Positions 14,471 to 23,661 of a DNA stretch of 31,633 nt are shown here, one piece after another (position 1 is the first letter of the stretch; each line of letters opens with the position of its first letter). Below the pieces are notes generated by a model, which made no database searches, was not told the origin of the DNA, and saw only the letters and a program-made list of their open reading frames with translations. This DNA is from a virus (taxonomy: Duplodnaviria > Caudoviricetes), in IMG/VR virus record IMGVR_UViG_3300032243_000101, positions 1 through 31,633 of that record, one strand, 5' to 3'. Position numbers and translations under genes: made by a program.

Positions 14471-16543
14471 ATGCCCTTACAGAAACTGACGCTCAAGCCC
14501 GGTGTAAACAGGGAAAACACTCGGTACACCAATGAAGGTGGGTACTACGAGTCCGACAAGGTGCGGTTCCGGCAAGGTACACCAGAGAAGATTGGCGGAT
14601 GGCAGCGTATTTCGGCGGCGACATTCTTGGGCGTATGCCGCTCTCTGTGGAACTGGGTAACGCTCGGCTCCCAAAACCTACTGGGTGTTGGTACAAACTC
14701 CAAGTTCTATATTGAAAACGGCGGGTTTTACTACGACATCACCCCAGTTCGCACAGAGCGTACCCTGACCAACCCGTTTACTACCAACGGCACAACTACA
14801 GTGCTTGTTACGGATGCTTCAAACCTAGCTATCAACGGGGACTACGTAACTTTCTACGGCGGTACTGCTGTAGGCGGACAGACTATTTTGGGTGAGTACA
14901 AAATAACGGTACTCACCGGCAGCACATACAACATAACCATTTCCGCAGCGGCCACCGCCGCTACTGGCGGGGGCACGGTCTACGCCGTCTACCAAATTAA
15001 CACCGGGCCGTCTTATGCCGCTCCGCTTTCTGGCTGGGGTGCAAGCACTTGGGGCTCTGGGACATGGGGTATTGGTAGCTCCTCCACGGATGCAATGCGT
15101 ATATGGAACCAGATTAACTGGGGCCAGAACTTGGTGTATGGCCCTCGTGGCGGGCCGATGTACTACTGGGATGCAACGATTGGTATCCGAAACTCCGAAG
15201 TGGCGCTATCCATTGCAACCCCCTGCGTGATGACAACCACAATCACCCTTGCAGATGCAACCCCCATCACGTTCACGACCACAGGTGCACTACCTACTGG
15301 CTTACTGCCGGGGGTTACTTATTACGTAAAGTATTTGACTGCCACGACTTACAACCTTGCAGCCACCGCTGGCGGTGCGTCTATCAATACTTCGGGTTCC
15401 CAATCTGGCGCGCAGTTTATTTCTTCTCGGGGCATGCTGCTCTCACAGCTTCCCGGCTCTGACGGGTATTGCCCACTGTACCAAAACACGTTTACCGTAT
15501 CTGATGCCAGCCGGTTCTTGCTTGTGTTTGGCACAAATGACTATGGCAGTTCCATCCTTGACCCCATGCTTATCCGCTGGTCAGACCAAGAGTCTTTAAC
15601 TACGTGGTATCCCGCCATCACCAATCAGGCCGGTAGCCTACGGCTTTCCCACGGCTCCAAGATTGTCACTACCTTACAAAGTCGCCAAGAGATTATTGTA
15701 TGGACTGACCAGTCTTTGTATTCTCTTCAGTATCTCGGCCCACCTTACGTGTGGAGTTCCCAGCTTCTTGCAGACAATGTGTCTATTGCTGGCCCCAATG
15801 CAGCCGCTATGGCTTCCGGTATTTCTTACTGGATGGGCGTAGACAAGTTCTACAAATACGATGGTCGGGTACAAACCCTGCGCTGTGACTTACGCCAATA
15901 CATTTACAGCGACATCAACATGTTGCAATTTGACCAAGTATTTGCCAGCACCAACGAGGGTTTCAATGAGGTCTGGTTCTTCTACTGTTCTGAAGCCAGC
16001 AACACAATTGACAAGTACGTTATCTATAACTACGCTGAAGATATTTGGCAGTATGGAACAATGACACGTACAGCTTGGTTAGATACCGGCTTACGTAATT
16101 ACCCACTTGCAGCCACATACAGTAATAACATTGTGTACCAAGAGTACGGTGTAGACGATAACGAAACAGCAACTACTTTAGCCATTGAGGCTTCCATAAC
16201 TTCCTCGCAGTACGATATTGGTGATGGGCATAACTTTGCTTTTGTCTACCGCATAATCCCTGATCTGACATTCCGTGGTTCAACTTCCGGCACAACCCCT
16301 GCCGTAACTATGTACCTACAAGGGCTAAATAATTCCGGCTCTGGAATTACACAGTCTGCTAATGCAGCGGTTACCTATAACGGTAGTGCGCCAGCAGTCA
16401 TTAATGTCGATGAATATACAGGACAAATCTACACTAGGGTTCGTGGTCGCCAGATGCAGTTAAAAATTACGTCCAATACCATTGGCGTGCAGTGGCAGCT
16501 TGGCTCTCCGCGTATTGACATCAGACCAGACGGGCGCAGATAA
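14471..16543 (+). CDS. Putative tail nozzle / tail tubular B (P22 gp10-like) protein
   Basis: 690 aa; KVRFRQG.PEKIGGW, IRWSDQE, NQAG.LRL, YWMG..KFY.YDG.V..L.C and FNEVWFFY motifs (beta-propeller-like); precedes the internal virion proteins. Confidence 0.72.
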   Translation: MPLQKLTLKPGVNRENTRYTNEGGYYESDKVRFRQGTPEKIGGWQRISAATFLGVCRSLWNWVTLGSQNLLGVGTNSKFYIENGGFYYDITPVRTERTLTNPFTTNGTTTVLVTDASNLAINGDYVTFYGGTAVGGQTILGEYKITVLTGSTYNITISAAATAATGGGTVYAVYQINTGPSYAAPLSGWGASTWGSGTWGIGSSSTDAMRIWNQINWGQNLVYGPRGGPMYYWDATIGIRNSEVALSIATPCVMTTTITLADATPITFTTTGALPTGLLPGVTYYVKYLTATTYNLAATAGGASINTSGSQSGAQFISSRGMLLSQLPGSDGYCPLYQNTFTVSDASRFLLVFGTNDYGSSILDPMLIRWSDQESLTTWYPAITNQAGSLRLSHGSKIVTTLQSRQEIIVWTDQSLYSLQYLGPPYVWSSQLLADNVSIAGPNAAAMASGISYWMGVDKFYKYDGRVQTLRCDLRQYIYSDINMLQFDQVFASTNEGFNEVWFFYCSEASNTIDKYVIYNYAEDIWQYGTMTRTAWLDTGLRNYPLAATYSNNIVYQEYGVDDNETATTLAIEASITSSQYDIGDGHNFAFVYRIIPDLTFRGSTSGTTPAVTMYLQGLNNSGSGITQSANAAVTYNGSAPAVINVDEYTGQIYTRVRGRQMQLKITSNTIGVQWQLGSPRIDIRPDGRR

Positions 16544-16842
16544 TGGCACAGAAGAATGTAGTAGCCCCACGCTTACCTGCTGCAACGCCGCAATACGACC
16601 CTGCGCTTATAAACCAGTTAACAAACGTATTGCGGCTGTACTTTAACCAGTTAGACAATGCAGCCCCAATGGTGGCTAGTACGCAGCGAAACGGCACAGA
16701 CATTGTGGCGGGTTTGAGCTTTTTCCCCACTCCGGGAACATCGGCTCCCAGTTTGCCAACACAAGCAGATTTAGCCAATTTGCGGGTGGGAGATATATAC
16801 TATGACACCTCGGCTAGCAATGTCTTGAAAGTAAAAACATGA
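16543..16842 (+). CDS. Small virion protein following the nozzle gene
   Basis: 99 aa; TAATG overlap; APRLP.A..QYD...NQL.NVLRLYFNQLD and GDIYYDT..NVLKV. Confidence 0.65.
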   Translation: MAQKNVVAPRLPAATPQYDPALINQLTNVLRLYFNQLDNAAPMVASTQRNGTDIVAGLSFFPTPGTSAPSLPTQADLANLRVGDIYYDTSASNVLKVKT

Positions 16843-19800
16843 GCCTACACGCACTTGCACACCACATGGCCGAAAAGGGGCGCGGCCCTGATTCCATGCT
16901 TATCCACATGTCGCCCGACGAAGTTCACGGGTTGCAAGCGCTAGCTATGGCCCACGGCGGCTCTTTGACAATTAATCCCCAGACCGGACTGCCCGAAGCA
17001 GGGTTCTTGGACAGTCTACTACCGGCACTAGTTGGTTTTGGTTTAAACACTTTCCTTCCGGGCTTGGGCACAGCAGTCGGCGGGATATTCGGTCTTGGCG
17101 GTGCCGCTGGTACAGCTATTGCAGTCGGCGGAGCTACCGCGTTGGCTTCTGGCGATTTGGGCAAAGGTCTTATGGCTGGGCTGGGTGCGTACGGTGGGGC
17201 CGGGTTGGGCGGTAATTTAGCTGCTGCTGGTGATGCGGCAATGATGGGGCCTCCAACAAGCGCAATGGGGATGCCAGAAGGCGCTGCCATACAAGCAGCA
17301 AGCCCTGTTGGTACTTTAGATCGTTTGCAAGCAGGCGCTCAAATTGCAGGTAATGCCCCCGGAGATTTTCTCAAAAGCAACTACATGAACCTTGGGTACG
17401 CTGCTGCCCCCGCATTGTCCGGCGCGTTTGATGAAGAAGAAGCGTCAACTGCTCCCAAGCGCAACTATGGAAATATCCCACTGTACAAAGTTGATCCGGT
17501 AACAGGTAAATCCTATGTGTATAAGTCTATTCCCGGAGAGCAAGCCTCTACTGCACCCGGAATCGTTTACGGTAACGCTAACGGCGGGTTAATGAATAGC
17601 TACGCTCCCGGCGGGCGTATTGAAGATGAATACACCAACATACCTTATGAACTGCCTGCGAACAACCCCAATGTAGAGGGAACAACAGCTGCAACATCCG
17701 CTATTACGGATGACGCAATTAAAAAAGGCATTGTGTTTGGTAATGTCCTTGACCCCGATCTAACTGGTCACGATTTAACCGACAAGCGCTCGGATTCCGA
17801 AAAGGCACAGGATTACTTGATGGGTAACGGGCCAAACCCATTTGTATTTACCAGCAAAGCCCCTGTTGTAGACGCAACTAAAAAAGCAGCAGAAGCAACC
17901 AAAGAAATTGCTGCAACAGTTGAGAAGCAACAACAACAACAACAACGTGGCAGTGGCGGTAATGCGGGCGTTGGCCCTAGTGGTACAGGCGGCTTCCCTG
18001 CTGGACTTGCCCCTGCGGCAAATACAGTTGCTCAAGCTTTAGGAGATATGGGGCTTAATGCATTATCCCATGCTGTATCAAACGTGGCTATGAACGGCGC
18101 AATGTCAGGAACAGGTGCAGCACCTCAAAGTTCTGCTGCGCCTTCTACTGGGGCAGTTAATTCAAGTGCTGGTGGTCAATATGGTGGCTGGGGCAGCCGC
18201 GATGCGGGTGGCGGTAATACTGGATTTAGCGGAAGTGGCGCTGCTACGGGCAGTTCTACTGGCCCTGCTGCTGGTACTTCAAACAGCAAAGATAACGGAG
18301 GCTGGGGCAGTCGTGATGCTGGAGGAGGCGATGGTGGTGGTCACGGGGAAGGTGGCGGTGGGCTTGGTGCTGGTAGCGGCGCAGGTCGATATGGTGCAGA
18401 AGGCGGCTACTTAACCAACGGAAATTTTAACCAACGTTTGCGCTACGCAGATGGCGGCACAACTGATACAGAAAATACAGTTAACTTTGGCGGTGTTGGT
18501 CAACTTGAACCAGTTAACACATCAGATTCCTCACTTTCAGACTCAGAGAGGGCGCAAAACTACCTAATGGGTAACGGGCCAAACCCTTTTCTTTTTTATC
18601 ATAGCAATGAGAAAAAAGTTATTCCCGCAGCCCAAGCAAGTGCCGATACTGGCATTGCTGCTATTGGTGGTGGCAACATTGGCGGCGGTGGTGGTGGCAT
18701 TGGAAGTATTGGTGGCGGAGATGTTGGTGGCAATACTGGCTCTACTGTTGGCACTAGCGATACTGGAGGTACAGATTTTGGCGTTACAAACCAACCACCC
18801 GGAGCCGTTTTTAACATCAATGATTTTGATACTAAAACCACTAACTCAGATTTTGGCATTGGGAACCAACCCGCCGGTACAACTTTTGATATAAACGATT
18901 TTGATAATCTTAACAACACTGTTGATAACGGGAGTAACTCTCTAACTAATAATCCGGCTGTTGGTGAAGGTGGTGAAACTGTTCAAACCGGCTATACCAA
19001 CTCTCTGACTGAAAACCCCGCTGTTGGTGAAGGGGGTGAAACAGGTAATTCTTTAATAGATAACCCTGCGGTTGGTGAAGGTGGTGAAACCGTTAGTCCT
19101 GAAAAGTTTGGTATAGATTACGTTGATCCTAGTGGATTAGGGGCAGAAAACAATTTTGTTGACCACATGGATGCACTTGATAACTATACTGGAAGTGACT
19201 CTGCTGGAGACTATGGCAATGACTATGGCAATGACGCCGGTAGCGATTTTAACAGTGGTTTTGATGGCGGTTTTGGTGGTATAGGCGGTGGTGGTAACGA
19301 CTATGACATGAGCTATCGTGCTAAAGGTGGCCCAATTAAGTCCAACTTCAAAAAAGCTAAAAATATAAATTTATATAAAAGCGGTTTAGAACACTACGCT
19401 GATGGAGGCACTACCGGTAGCGGAAGTATTGACCTACATGTCCCTATTGATATTGGTGGTGGCGGGTTTGGCGGGGGAGGTGGTGGATTTGGTGGTGGCT
19501 TTGGAGGCATGAGCCAGCCAAACCCTGACTTCTTAGGCCAGCAAATGAATAGTCTGCCCGGTTATCAAGCAGTTCAGAAAGCCCAGCAGGACTTTACTAA
19601 CAGTGATGACTACAAAAACTTCCAAAATTATGCTCGGGAATACCAGCAGCAGTTACAACCACAGCAGCAACTTAGCGCATTTGGCGGTGCTTTAGGTGGT
19701 TCTCGGGGTGGTTCTCGGGGTGGATTTGGGCTTCAGGGTGGAGCAACAAATCAATTTGGAGGGTCTATACCATTTAATGGTAGCGATTCACAAATGTTTG

Positions 19801-20273
19801 AACAAACGCAAATGCCTAGAGAATATAACCCTAACATGCCAGAAGATGCTTTTAATGCAAAAAACCATTTTGCAAATGGCGGAATTGCTGCATTAGCGCA
19901 TGGCGGTGTTATGCGCCCATTTTTCTCAGGAAGAACAGGTAAATATCAAGAACATACTCCGCTGATGTATGCTGAAGGCGGCATGTACAACCTCGGCTCG
20001 TACTCTGATGGCGGCAGACTGCTGCGCGGGCCGGGTGATGGTGTGTCTGACGACATTCCTGCCACAATCGGGGAAAAGCAACCCGCCCGTTTAGCTGACG
20101 GTGAGTTTGTAGTACCGGCGCGTATTGTTTCTGAGTTGGGCAATGGCTCCACGGAAGCCGGTGCCCGCAAGCTGTACGCAATGATGGACAGGGTTCAAAA
20201 AGCCCGTAATAACACCGTAGGCAAAGACAAGATTGCGGCAAATACCCGCGCTGAAAAATACCTTCCAGCATAA
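16839..20273 (+). CDS. Large low-complexity internal virion / ejection protein
   Basis: 1144 aa; N-terminal GRGPDSMLIHM..E...L...GGSLTINPQTGLPEA plus a hydrophobic Gly/Ala segment; C-terminal GPGDGVSDDIPA..ARLADGEFVVPA.IVS.LGNGST.AGA.KLY.MM; disordered repetitive middle with 11 GG motifs. Confidence 0.75.
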   Translation: MSLHALAHHMAEKGRGPDSMLIHMSPDEVHGLQALAMAHGGSLTINPQTGLPEAGFLDSLLPALVGFGLNTFLPGLGTAVGGIFGLGGAAGTAIAVGGATALASGDLGKGLMAGLGAYGGAGLGGNLAAAGDAAMMGPPTSAMGMPEGAAIQAASPVGTLDRLQAGAQIAGNAPGDFLKSNYMNLGYAAAPALSGAFDEEEASTAPKRNYGNIPLYKVDPVTGKSYVYKSIPGEQASTAPGIVYGNANGGLMNSYAPGGRIEDEYTNIPYELPANNPNVEGTTAATSAITDDAIKKGIVFGNVLDPDLTGHDLTDKRSDSEKAQDYLMGNGPNPFVFTSKAPVVDATKKAAEATKEIAATVEKQQQQQQRGSGGNAGVGPSGTGGFPAGLAPAANTVAQALGDMGLNALSHAVSNVAMNGAMSGTGAAPQSSAAPSTGAVNSSAGGQYGGWGSRDAGGGNTGFSGSGAATGSSTGPAAGTSNSKDNGGWGSRDAGGGDGGGHGEGGGGLGAGSGAGRYGAEGGYLTNGNFNQRLRYADGGTTDTENTVNFGGVGQLEPVNTSDSSLSDSERAQNYLMGNGPNPFLFYHSNEKKVIPAAQASADTGIAAIGGGNIGGGGGGIGSIGGGDVGGNTGSTVGTSDTGGTDFGVTNQPPGAVFNINDFDTKTTNSDFGIGNQPAGTTFDINDFDNLNNTVDNGSNSLTNNPAVGEGGETVQTGYTNSLTENPAVGEGGETGNSLIDNPAVGEGGETVSPEKFGIDYVDPSGLGAENNFVDHMDALDNYTGSDSAGDYGNDYGNDAGSDFNSGFDGGFGGIGGGGNDYDMSYRAKGGPIKSNFKKAKNINLYKSGLEHYADGGTTGSGSIDLHVPIDIGGGGFGGGGGGFGGGFGGMSQPNPDFLGQQMNSLPGYQAVQKAQQDFTNSDDYKNFQNYAREYQQQLQPQQQLSAFGGALGGSRGGSRGGFGLQGGATNQFGGSIPFNGSDSQMFEQTQMPREYNPNMPEDAFNAKNHFANGGIAALAHGGVMRPFFSGRTGKYQEHTPLMYAEGGMYNLGSYSDGGRLLRGPGDGVSDDIPATIGEKQPARLADGEFVVPARIVSELGNGSTEAGARKLYAMMDRVQKARNNTVGKDKIAANTRAEKYLPA
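18936..19091 (+). repeat. Three 45-bp in-frame repeats (NSLxxNPAVGEGGET)
   Basis: Copies at 18936-18980, 18999-19043 and 19047-19091. Confidence 0.85.
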
Positions 20274-20283
20274 GGAATAGATC

Positions 20284-21819
20284 ATGGCTGACAATACCGT
20301 AACACAAACAAACATACTGGGGTATGCAACACCCCAAATCCAACGCGCCGGAGAAAGCACTATTGGGCGTGCGGAAGAACTTGTTGGACGCAACTACAAA
20401 AGCTACGCTGACTGGGCAAGAGAGCACAACTTACAAGGCGATCAAGTTGCGGCTTTTCAGAAACTGCAAAAAGATGCATTTACTGGTGCAGAAAAACTTG
20501 GTCAAGACCCCTACTCAACTGCTTCGGCCCAAGGCATCCAAGCGCTAGCGCAAAAAGCAGGCGCTTATAACTACAACCCAACGCAGTTTGGAAATCAATT
20601 CCAAGCCCCCGGCGCATATCAACCCGGTCAGTTTAATTATCAGCAGGTAAACGCACAAAACCAAAATACACCAACAATGGGTGCTGCCCAGACTGGGTAT
20701 AACCCACAGTTGCAAAACTACCAGATGGGGCCAGCGGAACGTTTAAACACACAAAGTTTTGCCCAGCCCGGATCTGCCGAAGCTTACATGTCTCCTTACA
20801 TGCAAAATGTAGTGGACATTCAAAAGCGTGAAGCGCAGCGACAGTCAGGCATTCAAGGCACTCAACAGCAGGCGCAAGCTGCGCAGGCTGGGGCTTTTGG
20901 CGGTGGTCGTGATGCCATTATGCGTGCTGAACGTGAACGCAATCTAGGTCAACAGATGGGTGACATCCAAGCGCAAGGATCACAAAACGCATACCAGCAA
21001 GCCCAGCAACAGTTTAACGCCGAGCAACAAGCGCGTTTGCAAGCTGGCACAGCTAACCAGCAGGCAGGACTGACCACCGGATCTCAAAACTTGGCAGCAA
21101 ATCTTGGAGTGCAGCAACTAGGGACTCAGACTGGTTTGCAAACTTCACTGGCAAACTTATCCAATCAGCAACAAGCTGCCGTGCAGAATCAGGCAGCACA
21201 GCTTCAAACGCAGGGCATGAATGCTCAGCAAGCGATGCAGGCAGCATTGGCAAACCAACAGGCGGGCATGACTACGCAGCAACAACAAGAGCAAGCCAAA
21301 CAATACGGTTACGGGCAAGGCATGAACGCTGCTTCCTTGGGCGCTCAGTACGGCTTGGCTGCGCAGCAGGAGGCAGAGCGCTCAAAACAGTTTGGTTCCA
21401 ACTTGGGGCTACAAGGCCTTCAAGCAGGCATGCAAGGCTACGGCGCTTTGGGCTCCCAAGGCCAGAATCTATACGGCCAGACTACAGGCAACTTGAATTT
21501 GCAAAATGCTATGGGAACACAGCAGCAACAGCAAGTCCAGAACATGCTTGATGTAAGCCAGCAAAATTACGCTGCTGAGCAGAACTATCCGTATAAGCAA
21601 GTGGGCTTTATGTCTGATATTGTTAACCGACAGCCCATTGGCAACCTCGGTTCTACCATAACGCAGCCTGCCCCGTCGTTGTTAAGTCAAGTGGCAGGCG
21701 CTGGAACCGCATTGTATGGGGCATCGCAAATAGGTAAAAAAGCCGCAGGCGGAGCTATCCACGCCAAGCGTGGCGCAGGTCTTAACGACTTGGCAATGTA
21801 TCAAATGAGCCGGGGGTAA
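20284..21819 (+). CDS. Gln-rich internal virion / DNA ejection protein
   Basis: 511 aa; RBS AAGGA; YMSPYMQNVVD and AGAFGGGR motifs, ANQQA repeats, hydrophobic C-terminal LLSQVAGAGTALYGA, then KAAGG. Confidence 0.72.
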   Translation: MADNTVTQTNILGYATPQIQRAGESTIGRAEELVGRNYKSYADWAREHNLQGDQVAAFQKLQKDAFTGAEKLGQDPYSTASAQGIQALAQKAGAYNYNPTQFGNQFQAPGAYQPGQFNYQQVNAQNQNTPTMGAAQTGYNPQLQNYQMGPAERLNTQSFAQPGSAEAYMSPYMQNVVDIQKREAQRQSGIQGTQQQAQAAQAGAFGGGRDAIMRAERERNLGQQMGDIQAQGSQNAYQQAQQQFNAEQQARLQAGTANQQAGLTTGSQNLAANLGVQQLGTQTGLQTSLANLSNQQQAAVQNQAAQLQTQGMNAQQAMQAALANQQAGMTTQQQQEQAKQYGYGQGMNAASLGAQYGLAAQQEAERSKQFGSNLGLQGLQAGMQGYGALGSQGQNLYGQTTGNLNLQNAMGTQQQQQVQNMLDVSQQNYAAEQNYPYKQVGFMSDIVNRQPIGNLGSTITQPAPSLLSQVAGAGTALYGASQIGKKAAGGAIHAKRGAGLNDLAMYQMSRG

Positions 21820-21822
21820 TAC

Positions 21823-23625
21823 ATGGACATCGGGCAAATTCAAAACGTAACGGACAGCCTAGCGCTGATGCCGGACGCAGCATTGCAAAAATACGCAATG
21901 ATGAACAAGGACGATCCGTACATCATGTCCTTGGCTATGAGCGAGAATAATCGCCGTCAGAAAATTCGTGCCGCGCAACAGGGGCAGGCTGGGCAGATGC
22001 CCCAGCCCAAAGTGGTCGATCAGGCAATTCAAGCTATGAATCCACCCCCGCCACAACGGCAACCTCAACAGCCGCCAATGCCACAGCAAGGCATGGCCCA
22101 ACAACCACCACCACCACCCCCGCAGGGCATGCCTCAAGCACAGCAAAAACTGCCTGAGCAGCAAGGCATTGCGCAGTTACCCGCGCCCAATATGCAGGGT
22201 ATGGCTGACGGCGGGATTGTGGGGTATGCAGATAGGGGTTTAGTGCGCGGGCAAAACGAAAGTTTTGAAGAATATCGGCAAAGAGTTTTAAAAAGTGGGC
22301 AGATACCCGGCGTAGAGTCTCCGTACTATACAAAAGCTACTGATGACCGCGATGCACTGGTTGCACAAGCTAATGAAGAACGGGCGCGCAGAATTGCTGC
22401 AAACCAACTACCTACTAAAAGCCCGTATGTTACGAACACTGCGGATTTAACAAAAGTTCCACCCCCCGCTGCCGCCACACCCCCCGTAGTAAAACCCGCA
22501 GCATTAGCACCCAGTAACGCAGGGCAAGGACAAGGGCAGCGCGGAGCACCAGCGCTTACCCCCGTAAACGATACTGTGTTGGCAGAACGGCTTGCAGCAA
22601 CGGATAACGCAGGTATTGGTAAACCGCCAACAGGCGCAGGTGCAGCACCCGCAGGCGGGGGGCTGCCCACATTAGCAGCCGCAACCACTCCCGCAGACGC
22701 TGCGGCAGAATTGAAGGCTATCAAAGCCTCGCAAAGCCCGTCAGTTCCAACTGAAATCGCAAGCGCTCTTGATGAAGTAGGGGCGGCAAAACGCACTGCA
22801 ATTGACGCAGAAGAAGCTCAGCGGCAAAAAGATATAGCAGCTATGGGCACTGCATTCTCTGATCGTGAGGCGCGGCTTAAAGAAAAACAAGGACGCGTTG
22901 ACCAGCAAGAACGAGACCTGACCCCTATGGCGCTAATGCAAGCAGGGTTTGCCATGATGAGCGGCACTTCTCCGCATGCGCTATCCAACATAGGCGCTGG
23001 CGCTACGATTGGCCTCAAAACCTACCAAGAAGGCTTGGATAAAATTGAAAATGCCAAAGACAAGCTGGATGATGCGTTTGGCCGCATCGAGGAGTTCCGT
23101 CGCAATGAAAGCATGATGAATGCCAAAGACAAACGTAAATATGCACGCGAACTCAGCGATACTTTTACTGATACCAAAAAAGCGTATACGGATGTGCTGG
23201 TTAAGGACTGGGGCGTTAAGCAAGACGATGCGCGTATTCTTTACAGTTCGGTGGTAGCAGAACGTCGGGAGCTTAACAACCAAAGGTTCCAAGCTGGCGA
23301 AAACGCGCTTAATAGAGCAAACGCACTGGCCCAAACTACGCTTCAAGCAAAACTGCGCCAAGACCCACTGGCGCTGTACAGAGAAATGGGAACAAACCCT
23401 ACAGGCGCGGTTGCAAAAGGGTATGGCGCAGCAAAAGAAGAAAACACTGCGCCAACTTTGTTTGGCCAGTATCAAACACTTTCCAAAGATTTGGTTAACG
23501 GTGATGCTTTCAAGAAGATGTATCCCACTGCGGAATCGTACATAAAAGCCTACCGCGCTGCTATGGGTCAGGATACAATGCCAAAAACTGGGGTCGCGGG
23601 CTTTAAGTATTTAGGGCCTGATTAA
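21823..23625 (+). CDS. Internal virion / ejection protein
   Basis: 600 aa; Pro/Gln-rich N-terminal part ending GIAQLPAPNMQGMADGGIVGY; ALMQAGFAMMSGTSPHALSNIGAGA; helical C-terminal half. Confidence 0.7.
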   Translation: MDIGQIQNVTDSLALMPDAALQKYAMMNKDDPYIMSLAMSENNRRQKIRAAQQGQAGQMPQPKVVDQAIQAMNPPPPQRQPQQPPMPQQGMAQQPPPPPPQGMPQAQQKLPEQQGIAQLPAPNMQGMADGGIVGYADRGLVRGQNESFEEYRQRVLKSGQIPGVESPYYTKATDDRDALVAQANEERARRIAANQLPTKSPYVTNTADLTKVPPPAAATPPVVKPAALAPSNAGQGQGQRGAPALTPVNDTVLAERLAATDNAGIGKPPTGAGAAPAGGGLPTLAAATTPADAAAELKAIKASQSPSVPTEIASALDEVGAAKRTAIDAEEAQRQKDIAAMGTAFSDREARLKEKQGRVDQQERDLTPMALMQAGFAMMSGTSPHALSNIGAGATIGLKTYQEGLDKIENAKDKLDDAFGRIEEFRRNESMMNAKDKRKYARELSDTFTDTKKAYTDVLVKDWGVKQDDARILYSSVVAERRELNNQRFQAGENALNRANALAQTTLQAKLRQDPLALYREMGTNPTGAVAKGYGAAKEENTAPTLFGQYQTLSKDLVNGDAFKKMYPTAESYIKAYRAAMGQDTMPKTGVAGFKYLGPD

Positions 23626-23627
23626 GC

Positions 23628-23661
23628 GGCAAGTTAATCAGCAGATATAAGGATTCTTGCC
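23628..23661 (+). promoter_or_regulatory. Hairpin covering the ribosome-binding region of the giant gene
   Basis: GGCAAG(tt)AATC 23628-23639 pairs with GATTCTTGCC 23652-23661; SD TAAGGA at 23648-23653; ATG at 23662. Confidence 0.45.

Noticed and set aside
17928-17945. (CAA)6 microsatellite as a phase-variation site
   Set aside because: It is a triplet unit that preserves frame; simply a poly-Gln in a disordered region.
18936-19091. Three spaced direct repeats resembling a mini-CRISPR
   Set aside because: They are in-frame coding repeats with synonymous variation, spacers of only 18 and 3 nt, and no cas genes.
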